A DNA stretch of 48,963 nucleotides, from positions 1 to 48,963 of IMG/VR virus record IMGVR_UViG_3300037467_000240; one strand, given 5' to 3'. Both the position numbers and the translations under genes were made by a program. Source of the DNA: a virus (lineage: Duplodnaviria; Caudoviricetes). The stretch's first letter is position 1, and every line of letters begins with the position of its first letter. The notes under the pieces were generated by a model that saw only the letters and a list, made by a program, of their open reading frames with translations, had not been told where the DNA came from and ran no database searches. Of the stretch, positions 9,563 to 17,405 are shown one piece after another.

Positions 9563-9868
9563 CTAGCTATCCGGTGGCGGGAGAGGACAATTGAAAGATA
9601 GCTTCGCGCCATTGGCGACAGCCCAACGGCACAGCCGAGCCTTCGCGCGCTCTGCGTCTTCACCCCAACGCTCAACAGCGCGGTTCCACGCCTCGTAGGC
9701 GTCCTCATCGCTCAGTCCGGCATCACCAAGGATCGGCTTGGCCACCGGCCGGAGGTCAGCAGGGTCTGGGTACGCGGCCAGCCTCGGTGTCTTGTCTGCG
9801 CAGGACGACACAAGCACGGCCACGCTGACGAGCAGTAGTGCTGCTGGGCGGAAGGTCTTTGACAGCAT
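9563..9868 (-). CDS. o-spanin (Rz1-like lipoprotein)
   Basis: MLSKTFRPAALLLVSVAVLVSSC lipobox; Pro-rich; overlaps the 3' end of the i-spanin. Confidence 0.75.
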   Translation of the reverse strand: MLSKTFRPAALLLVSVAVLVSSCADKTPRLAAYPDPADLRPVAKPILGDAGLSDEDAYEAWNRAVERWGEDAERAKARLCRWAVANGAKLSFNCPLPPPDS

Positions 9869-10160
9869 TGGCTTGCTCCTGTTCGGCCGCCGACGTGATA
9901 AGCATGTCGGCAGTCCTCTCACGCGCCGCGACCACTTTGGAAGCAGCATCACGTTGTATGACGCGGGTCTCAGCCTCAGCTGCAGCGATGGCGGCCCTGG
10001 AGCGCTCGGCCTTTGTGCCTTCGCACTTGCCGAGGGAGAAGGCCGCAAGGCCAACCAGGAGGGCTGTAGGGAGGGTGCGCTGCCAATCGGCCACAAGTGG
10101 CTTCAGGAAGCCCCAGACCAGGCCTCCTAGCGTGCGCAGGATGGCAAGGGCTTGGAACAT
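9756..10160 (-). CDS. i-spanin (Rz-like)
   Basis: N-terminal hydrophobic segments, Ala-rich coiled coil, C-terminal Cys; SD AGGAG before ATG 10160. Confidence 0.72.
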   Translation of the reverse strand: MFQALAILRTLGGLVWGFLKPLVADWQRTLPTALLVGLAAFSLGKCEGTKAERSRAAIAAAEAETRVIQRDAASKVVAARERTADMLITSAAEQEQANAVKDLPPSSTTARQRGRACVVLRRQDTEAGRVPRPC

Positions 10161-10195
10161 GGCAGGCTCCTGAGTCTTGTGACACACCATAGACG

Positions 10196-10227
10196 CAAAG
10201 AGCCCAGACCGCGAGGCCTGGGCTCTT
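10196..10227 (-). terminator. rho-independent terminator
   Basis: AAGAGCCCAG...CTGGGCTCTT stem followed by a short T run on the minus strand. Confidence 0.55.
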
Positions 10228-10251
10228 GAGGCAACCTTGGGGGAGGTGTGT

Positions 10252-10671
10252 TTAGTGCTGGAGTGCCTGTTCCAGTTCGCGGACCACCACGGCCCGGCGA
10301 CGGCCCTTGGAGGGGCCTTTCAGTTCAGCCAGGGCGTGCTGGGCCGCTGTTTCGAGGTCCAGCACGCCTTCTCGCGCGCTGCCGAAGTCAGCGGGAGCCT
10401 TCTGCGGAGCTAGGGCCACGTCCAAGGCGTTCGACACCGGCGTCAGATCGACGCCTTGGAGTTGCTTGAGAGCCTGTCCCAGCTCCTTGACAATCCGATT
10501 GGCCTCGACGGCCTTCAAGCTGCCGGTGAGCGGCTTCGGGATGGAGCTGACATAATCAGCCTCAGCCTGCAACACGGCTTGGATCGTCTTGACGGCGATG
10601 GGGAGTAGCTGGTTGATTGTATCCAGCTGATCCGCCGCATCCGCCAATTGGCGGCGACGTTGATAGTTCAT
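10252..10671 (-). CDS. hypothetical helical protein inserted in the lysis cassette
   Basis: SD AGGAG; has its own upstream intergenic region and a downstream terminator. Confidence 0.7.
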   Translation of the reverse strand: MNYQRRRQLADAADQLDTINQLLPIAVKTIQAVLQAEADYVSSIPKPLTGSLKAVEANRIVKELGQALKQLQGVDLTPVSNALDVALAPQKAPADFGSAREGVLDLETAAQHALAELKGPSKGRRRAVVVRELEQALQH

Positions 10672-10769
10672 CGTGACAACTCCTAGATGCTCAGTTTCTG
10701 ATGCTCCACAAAACCTGTAGAAGCACTCACAAGTTCCCCTAAACTTGATGACTTATCCCCTCTTAGAGA

Positions 10770-10796
10770 TTGACGGAACAACGCTTAAGCTACAGC
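10770..10796 (+). promoter_or_regulatory. sigma70-type promoter, antisense to the endolysin
   Basis: TTGACGG-N12-GCTACAGC on the + strand; TGACTTATCCCC box just upstream at 10749-10760. Confidence 0.5.
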
Positions 10797-10808
10797 TGAG
10801 GTGGTTGA

Positions 10809-11594
10809 TTACAACCAGCTACCGGCCTTAAGCGCAGCCTCGAAATGCAACGCGTGACCAGCGATCTTGGTGGCCTTGTCTGTGCCGTTTACCACATAGC
10901 GCGCATTGACATACTGCTGCGCCGTTGCGGGGTTGAAGAGGTAGCGCCGCAAGCCTCGGCCGGTGAACCAGCCGTCGCGCATCCCATAGATCATGATCGC
11001 AACGGCGATGTCGAGCCGCAACGCGAGGTCCGGCGTGCGTTCCAGGTCCTCATCCGCCTTCAGGATGCCTAGCTTGTGGAGCTCAACAGTGGCACGACGG
11101 TAGTTGGCACGGCCGGTGAGTTGCGGGAAGCCTCGACCATGGAACAGCCCACCATCAGCAAGCGAGAGGTTGCCCAGGTCCTTGGCCTTCTGGCCCCGGC
11201 CATACTTCTCAAACCAGTCATCCACACCATTGTGGTCGCGGTCCCCCATGCCCTTCTCATGCACCGGCTGCATGGTCATGCCGGTCTCATGGTAGGCTGT
11301 GGCCAGGACGTAGGCCATCCAGGTCAGCGGGAGCACCCCAGCTCCAGCAGCCAGCATGCAACGCATCCCGTCGATTTGGGCGCGGGTCAGGACCCCAAAC
11401 AGCGTCGCATCCACAGATGCGAAGAAGCCGTCAGGGTTCTGCAAGCCAGCGGTGGCCGTAGGGGCAGCCGGAGGTGGCGTCGCAGCCGGAGGCACAGGAG
11501 CGGGTGGCGCTCCAGACTCTAGCTCGCCTAGGATGCGATCCAGGACAGCCTGGACTTCCTTGACCTGCGCACGTATGCGCTCAGGATCGATCAA
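10809..11594 (-). CDS. endolysin, glycoside hydrolase family 19
   Basis: YVLATAYHETG, FHGRGFPQLTGRANY, ARYVVNGTDKA. Confidence 0.9.
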   Translation of the reverse strand: MIDPERIRAQVKEVQAVLDRILGELESGAPPAPVPPAATPPPAAPTATAGLQNPDGFFASVDATLFGVLTRAQIDGMRCMLAAGAGVLPLTWMAYVLATAYHETGMTMQPVHEKGMGDRDHNGVDDWFEKYGRGQKAKDLGNLSLADGGLFHGRGFPQLTGRANYRRATVELHKLGILKADEDLERTPDLALRLDIAVAIMIYGMRDGWFTGRGLRRYLFNPATAQQYVNARYVVNGTDKATKIAGHALHFEAALKAGSWL

Positions 11595-11956
11595 GGCAGC
11601 CTCTGGCTCTCCGGCAGCTCGGCCGCCTCTGGTCCCACCGGCTGAGGTTCGGTGGGGGCAACGGCCTTGGGACCGAAGTGTGGGATGATCTGCTTGAAGA
11701 CCGATCCGGCCTGGATCACCCGCGCAAGGTCCACTGAGTTGGCCCCACCGAAGTACAACAAGAGCACGAAGGCTTGGCTCAGCAGTAGCCAGAAGCAGAG
11801 CGTGAGGGCGTCCTTGTCCGGCAGCTTGAACCAGATGAGGACGCCGATGAACACGTTGACGCAGAGGCAGACCAGGAAGGCCCCGAACCGCCTCCAGCCC
11901 ATGTTGGGTTCCGGTAGTGGGTCTTGAAGATCAAGCCCAGGAGGAAGCTCGTTCAT
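11591..11956 (-). CDS. putative holin/antiholin (2 TM)
   Basis: Two hydrophobic segments, immediately upstream of the endolysin. Confidence 0.6.
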   Translation of the reverse strand: MNELPPGLDLQDPLPEPNMGWRRFGAFLVCLCVNVFIGVLIWFKLPDKDALTLCFWLLLSQAFVLLLYFGGANSVDLARVIQAGSVFKQIIPHFGPKAVAPTEPQPVGPEAAELPESQRLP

Positions 11957-12351
11957 CTGACTATCACCCTGAGACCCCTGCGCTCCACCTGGCCGCGTCG
12001 ACAGCGGGCGAGGTCCATGATAGTCTGAATGCGCTTGTGGGTTTGTGCCGGCAGCCTGGACCGGAGGTGGTGCTCAAGCAGTGCGGTTTGCGCTACAGCC
12101 ATGGCGATGGAAACGCACAGCGCCCCGGCCGTGACGTATACCGGCGTTGATTGGTTGGCCAGAGAGAACATCTCCAGGCCACGGTAGGCTAGGAACACCG
12201 ACCATGCGAACATAGCCAGGCGCACGTGCAGGCGCATTGTCGGGTAGTTTATGCGCTCGGGTCCAGCCATGATCTCCAGGAGGCCCACACAGAAGGCCGA
12301 CCAGAGCACAGCCGTAGCGGCAACAACGGTCAGGATCAACGGGAAGTTCAT
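11953..12351 (-). CDS. membrane protein (about 3 TM), holin candidate
   Basis: Hydrophobic segments plus a basic C-terminus. Confidence 0.55.
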   Translation of the reverse strand: MNFPLILTVVAATAVLWSAFCVGLLEIMAGPERINYPTMRLHVRLAMFAWSVFLAYRGLEMFSLANQSTPVYVTAGALCVSIAMAVAQTALLEHHLRSRLPAQTHKRIQTIMDLARCRRGQVERRGLRVIVR

Positions 12352-12710
12352 CAGTCATCTGCTCCTTGGCTCAACGACGCCCCTAGGTCGGACAGCCATC
12401 CTCCGAGTGCCTTCTTAAAGGCAGGCACCACACCTTCAACGATTACTGGCCACAGAACGTTCGCCATCAATCCGACCGCCACAGCTGCCGGGTACACCTT
12501 GACGTGAGGGAAAAGCTCGGCCAGCCACGGTGCGAACGCCATGGCAGCCACTGGACCGAAGAACATAGACACCCAGAACTGAACCCAGGCTCGTGCCAAC
12601 TGGCGCGATGTGGGCGTATCGTCTGCGTACAACGCTGCGCTGAGACGCGTGGCGGCGTTGACGAAGGCCCCCGACAACCCCAGCAAGGCCACAATGATGA
12701 AGTGCGTCAC
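12351..12710 (-). CDS. membrane protein (about 3 TM), holin candidate
   Basis: Hydrophobic segments; first gene of the lysis block. Confidence 0.55.
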   Translation of the reverse strand: MTHFIIVALLGLSGAFVNAATRLSAALYADDTPTSRQLARAWVQFWVSMFFGPVAAMAFAPWLAELFPHVKVYPAAVAVGLMANVLWPVIVEGVVPAFKKALGGWLSDLGASLSQGADD

Positions 12711-12823
12711 TCAACTGGCACCCTTTGCAGCCTGCGGTAGCTTCAGATGAGGGCCAGAACCTAGTGCGAACCTAGTAGCCAGGGCAACGCCATCGTACAC
12801 GAAACATTCCCCATTCGCAACGA

Positions 12824-13267
12824 TTAGATAGCTTGCGCCTCAGCCCACATCGCATCGATTTGAGCTTCAGTGATGCCCAGGCCTGCGGCCACCTTGGCGA
12901 ACAAGGGACTGGTGCGGTGGAAGTCGGGAGCATCAGCCCACCACAGCGCCAGCTCGCCGTCATCATCAGCGCTGTTGACAAAGGACGTCACTGCAGTCAG
13001 CAGTCCATGGCGACGCAACACCTCCTTGGCCTGGAGCCGGGTGACGGACGCGGCAGGCAGTGTGATGACGTCCCAGCCGTCCGTGCCGTTCCACTTCACC
13101 TCTTGAGTGGCAGGATCATGGGACGGGATCGGCGGAGCCTCGATCAGACCGCAGGCTTCAATCCCCTCAGGGTTCTGATCCAGATGCGACCACACGCTGC
13201 CATCCTCGCTGATGGCAAAGCCGGGCAGAGGCCCCGGTTCTTGGCCAAGCTTGTACCAGAGTGCCAT
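12824..13267 (-). CDS. tail fibre assembly-like protein
   Basis: SVTRLQAKEVL...WWADAPDFHRTSPL...LGITEAQIDAMW motif common after tail fibre genes. Confidence 0.6.
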   Translation of the reverse strand: MALWYKLGQEPGPLPGFAISEDGSVWSHLDQNPEGIEACGLIEAPPIPSHDPATQEVKWNGTDGWDVITLPAASVTRLQAKEVLRRHGLLTAVTSFVNSADDDGELALWWADAPDFHRTSPLFAKVAAGLGITEAQIDAMWAEAQAI

Positions 13268-14094
13268 CAGTCAAACGCTCCCAATTCGTCGATCAGATTG
13301 GACAGAATGGCCAGGAACTTGGCTCCTTGGACCGCCGTTGCCGTGTAACTGAGGAAGCCATACGCACAGAGCCTCCCTGCATTCAGAGCGTTCTTGCTAT
13401 CTGACGAGGTGATGTAGTTGGAGCTTGGGGCAGAGAATGAGGCCGATCCAAGACGCCCAACGCCGCCGGGCATGAAGGCATCTATGTAACGACTACCGAG
13501 GATGATTTGTGTGGCGGAGAGGAAGGTACCGCCTGCAAAGCGGACGCCAGGAAGGATTTGTCCATTGCCGCCCTGAAGGGTGGTCTCCCACACGCCGGGG
13601 ATTTGATAGCTGGACCCCGCATCGCAGGTTATGAGACTGGTGGCTGCGAACTCGTCACCCGTTTCTGGTGCTCCATCTGCGTCTCCATAAAAATGGGACA
13701 TTTTTGCTGCCAGAAAGGTACAAGTTTGGTAATTGTTATCCAGGATCGTCGCCGTGATCGGAAACTTGATCCGATGCGTGGCGTCAAATCCAGTAAAGCC
13801 CTTGAGCGCCACGAAGGGGGGCTGAGAACCTACAATCACAGCATCTCGCGCCGTGTCGCCGATGACGCTTAGCAGCGAGGCGTTGTATGTATGGGCGCAT
13901 GTAACCCACAGACCCTTGATCAATACCCATAGCCCGGCCGCTTTCCAGCGGTAGATCGCCTTGTTCATGGCGTTACGATATTCGTTTGGAGGCGGAGTAG
14001 TCATACGCGCAAACAGCGCGATGGCTTCGGCCTGTACAGGCGTACCGTCCGTGTTCGAGGTAATGCCGCCGATGTAGCGGTTGTTCTTAGGCAT
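13267..14094 (-). CDS. minor tail / receptor-binding candidate
   Basis: Position at the end of the tail module; EAIALFARMTT...KAAGLW N-terminus; lower GC. Confidence 0.55.
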   Translation of the reverse strand: MPKNNRYIGGITSNTDGTPVQAEAIALFARMTTPPPNEYRNAMNKAIYRWKAAGLWVLIKGLWVTCAHTYNASLLSVIGDTARDAVIVGSQPPFVALKGFTGFDATHRIKFPITATILDNNYQTCTFLAAKMSHFYGDADGAPETGDEFAATSLITCDAGSSYQIPGVWETTLQGGNGQILPGVRFAGGTFLSATQIILGSRYIDAFMPGGVGRLGSASFSAPSSNYITSSDSKNALNAGRLCAYGFLSYTATAVQGAKFLAILSNLIDELGAFD

Positions 14095-14425
14095 CGTCGT
14101 CCACGCTGGTTAGGCTGAAGTCCGCAGCACTGTTGGCCGATGCACGCACCTGGACTTTCCAGCCCGCCGTCAGCAGCAGTCCTGACTCCAGGTCGGGCGC
14201 ACCTCCGGTCTGAAGATAGGTCACAGGGTAGTTGCGGCACCGGTAGTGGTTGTTGGAGGGATTGGCGGTGTCCACCAGATACACGTCCACGTACACGTCG
14301 GACGTGGTGATGTTGGCGCACCGGAGGTCCACGCTGCGCACCTTGCCAGTCGGCACCTCGTTGCCGATATCCGTCAGAGAGGTGGTGCCGGTCAGGCGAA
14401 CCGGGGCGTTGATTGTGTCAGCCAT
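14087..14425 (-). CDS. minor tail protein
   Basis: Small all-beta protein in the tail-tip cluster. Confidence 0.55.
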   Translation of the reverse strand: MADTINAPVRLTGTTSLTDIGNEVPTGKVRSVDLRCANITTSDVYVDVYLVDTANPSNNHYRCRNYPVTYLQTGGAPDLESGLLLTAGWKVQVRASANSAADFSLTSVDDDA

Positions 14426-15001
14426 TTAGCGAAGCTCCCGGTTGTAGAAACGACTGCGCGACTTCAGACGGGCCAGCTCAGTTTCGAGCGCGACCATGCG
14501 GCCGGTTAGCGAGGCGTCGATTGGTGCGGCGACAGATATGTTCCAAAGGGCCTGGGAGCCGCTGCCAGACTTCAGCAGCACGCGAACGGTCATCGTCTTG
14601 GCTGTAGCATCGAAGGCCAGGATGGGTCCGACCATCTGAACGGTGGGGTCCGTGTCATACGCCACGCAGACCGTTTGTCCCTTGGTGAAGGCCTTCCCAG
14701 CCTGCAACAACGCGAGACTGATGTCAGTTGGCACCGAGGCCGGAATAGCAATGGTGGAGGTTGAGGTGGCGGAGGTTCCTGGAGCATTGACTGCTGACGC
14801 GGCGTAGCCCTGGATTTCCACGGCTTTGCCCTTGACCCAATTCGCTACGCCCACCAGCACGGTGATGAGCGGAATGAACCACAGGCGATGCCCACCGCCA
14901 TCCATGCCCCGAACCGGAGAGCTGGAGGCGTATACGCCATCACTGTATGTGTTGTTGTCGCCGCCGATGTCTGAGGAGATTGTAACCGTGTTGACGGTCA
15001 A
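14426..15001 (-). CDS. minor tail protein
   Basis: DGGGHR...PGTSATSTS...WNIS pattern; synteny. Confidence 0.6.
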   Translation of the reverse strand: MTVNTVTISSDIGGDNNTYSDGVYASSSPVRGMDGGGHRLWFIPLITVLVGVANWVKGKAVEIQGYAASAVNAPGTSATSTSTIAIPASVPTDISLALLQAGKAFTKGQTVCVAYDTDPTVQMVGPILAFDATAKTMTVRVLLKSGSGSQALWNISVAAPIDASLTGRMVALETELARLKSRSRFYNRELR

Positions 15002-15885
15002 GGCACTGACTCCTTCACTTCCCAGGCGGTTTGAACGGCCTGTTGTCCATCAACGTAGGCTTGCGGGAACTCCAACGCCTCCAGCTTGCGCAGGCGTCCC
15101 AGATACTGGCGACGGATGGCGTGCCGGGTGTCGGTGGGGTTCCACATGAACACGACTTCCTTGTCGATACCCGACAGCCGCTGAATTTCAAAGGCCTTGG
15201 ACATTGCTTCATCCTCAGTCATACCACGCGTGACGAAGCGGGTGACTCGGTATGTGATGCCCTCGTTGAAGAACTCAGCGCCAGAGTGAGCCAGAGACAC
15301 CTCAGCAGTCGTCTCCAGCTGGATGACCGCGCCAAAGTCCATGTTGTATTGGGGCTGCCAGGACGGTGCTTGGAACAGGCGACCGATCTGGATGTACGGC
15401 TTGACGTTCTCTTGATCGTTGAATTCGAACAGCCAATACAAAGGTCGCACAGCAGCTGGCAGATTGTGGATCAGCGTCCAGACGTAAGCCTTCCGGTCAC
15501 GCTCCAGGTAGCGGCCAGACCACCAGTTGGGAGAGCCCCAATCAAGATCGTATGAGTCGAAGGGCGCTGGCCATACGTCCATCCATCCGCTGTCATAGTC
15601 GAATGTGGTCAGCGTCGGATCATCAGTGTAGCGCACCCTGTACTGCGCCGACAAACTCATGTTATGGTTGGCCAAGGCGATGTTGGAGATGAGATTGTCG
15701 TCAGGATACTGAGCCACGAACTTGGTGTGGTCAGGATTGAGACTAGTAGAGCGGGCCACCTGCTCAAGCTCTCGCACTTGGAGATTGCTCAACGGCAGCG
15801 TGGACGTCCAGGAGCCGCCAGACAACGTAGCATTGTCAACCAAATTGTCATAAGCAATCAGGACTTCTTCAGTTTGGTTGACCAT
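14998..15885 (-). CDS. tail tip protein (distal tail-like)
   Basis: LSGGSW...LPLSNLQ...YIQIGRLF...WQPQYNMDFG; synteny after the TMP. Confidence 0.65.
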   Translation of the reverse strand: MVNQTEEVLIAYDNLVDNATLSGGSWTSTLPLSNLQVRELEQVARSTSLNPDHTKFVAQYPDDNLISNIALANHNMSLSAQYRVRYTDDPTLTTFDYDSGWMDVWPAPFDSYDLDWGSPNWWSGRYLERDRKAYVWTLIHNLPAAVRPLYWLFEFNDQENVKPYIQIGRLFQAPSWQPQYNMDFGAVIQLETTAEVSLAHSGAEFFNEGITYRVTRFVTRGMTEDEAMSKAFEIQRLSGIDKEVVFMWNPTDTRHAIRRQYLGRLRKLEALEFPQAYVDGQQAVQTAWEVKESVP

Positions 15886-15887
15886 GC

Positions 15888-17405
15888 TCAGCCCCAGATC
15901 GTGAGAACTACGTCGTTGGTGTACAGCTGAAGCGACACACCCAGCACCACAAACAACTTGCCATCGTCCAATCCGTACCTCGGATATTGTACACTGACAA
16001 CATCATTTAATTGAGTGGTGCCCAGCACAGAGGCGTCGATGGTGACCTCATACATGTCACGGTGGCGCGAATACAGATCGAAGTCCCGCAAGGCTTGCGT
16101 CCGAGCATCAGCCTCGTTGATCAGCAGCGTGTCCAGCTGGTAGTCGTCTGCCAGACGATACTGCGTCTTGATCGCTGCGTTGGACGCCGGTTGCGCAGAT
16201 CGACGCTCCCTCGTGAGATAAGCCTTGCGCGCCGCCGTCAGCGAGCCTGCGAGCGTGGCGAGCGTGTGCTGCGTATACAGCTTGCAATAGTTGGTTGTGG
16301 CACGCCACAGCGGCCGATCCCCGTCAGCCGGGGTGATGCGCTCCAGCTCCTTGACCCGGCTGTTGGTGATGGTCAGAACCGGCGTGGCGGTGGGCTCATG
16401 AAGCCGCCCCACCTTCATGGCTCCATCGTTGTTGAAGATCGCGAACGCGCCGACGCTCTGAAGCACCTGGTTGATCGCTGAGCGCACAGTCGAGTTATCG
16501 TTGATGTGGATGCCCACCTGAGCAGGCACCTCAGTATCCAGGGCTGTGAACGAGGTTTCCTCAAACAACGTCACCCCAGCCAGTGCGCAGAGCCGTTTGG
16601 TGACCTGGGCGACCGTGCGGGATGCGACCGTGGACCCTTCAATCACATCAGCCGTCAGCACACCCTGCGGTGTGGCGCTGAGCTTGAACAGGCCTTCAGC
16701 CAGACACGTCTGGTAGTAACCTGGAGTATATGGGGCGGCCAGGAGTAGGGCGCTCGTGGCATAGTCTGAACCACGCGTGAGCGGCGAGCCCTTGTCGTAC
16801 ACAGCTGCGATGTCGTACACAGCGCCGTCGTTGACACGGTACACTTCAACGTCTGTGTTCACGCAATCAGCCGGGACCTGGTACACGGTTCCGAACAGGC
16901 GCGGCTTCATCTTGCCTTTGATGTCGTTGGCTGTGCCCTCAATGCCAGCTGGAAGCGCGTTGTCACCGCGATAGGGATTGGTGCAGACCGGCACTTCCAA
17001 GACCTGCTGTAGATCGCGCAGGCGCATGGTCACCTTCTTACGGTCCACCTGCGGCGGTCCATCAGTGGTGCCTGAGTACAGGATCGGCATTGACGCGTAA
17101 GGCAGGCCCTTCACATAGCGACGCAGCAGGATGCGCTGGCCATCCCAGCCGTAGTTGATCCAGCTGTCAAAGCGCCCATCATTCTTCAGGCTCAACGCAC
17201 CAATGTCGAGATCGCCAGTCCCACCAGCTCGCGTGGACCCGTACACGCTGCGCGTGATGTCTCCAGGATCATCCAGGGCGTTGGTGAACGCAACCGATCC
17301 AGGTGTGTCAGAGGGCTCAGTGGCGTAGCTGCCATTGCTGACATAGAACGTCTTCAGAGTGCCCAGAGGATCGATGATGGCGTCAATCTCGGCGAGGATC
17401 ATCAC
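15888..17405 (-). CDS. tail tip / baseplate hub protein
   Basis: Directly follows the TMP; KGKMKPRLFGTV, VYDKG motifs. Confidence 0.7.
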   Translation of the reverse strand: MMILAEIDAIIDPLGTLKTFYVSNGSYATEPSDTPGSVAFTNALDDPGDITRSVYGSTRAGGTGDLDIGALSLKNDGRFDSWINYGWDGQRILLRRYVKGLPYASMPILYSGTTDGPPQVDRKKVTMRLRDLQQVLEVPVCTNPYRGDNALPAGIEGTANDIKGKMKPRLFGTVYQVPADCVNTDVEVYRVNDGAVYDIAAVYDKGSPLTRGSDYATSALLLAAPYTPGYYQTCLAEGLFKLSATPQGVLTADVIEGSTVASRTVAQVTKRLCALAGVTLFEETSFTALDTEVPAQVGIHINDNSTVRSAINQVLQSVGAFAIFNNDGAMKVGRLHEPTATPVLTITNSRVKELERITPADGDRPLWRATTNYCKLYTQHTLATLAGSLTAARKAYLTRERRSAQPASNAAIKTQYRLADDYQLDTLLINEADARTQALRDFDLYSRHRDMYEVTIDASVLGTTQLNDVVSVQYPRYGLDDGKLFVVLGVSLQLYTNDVVLTIWG

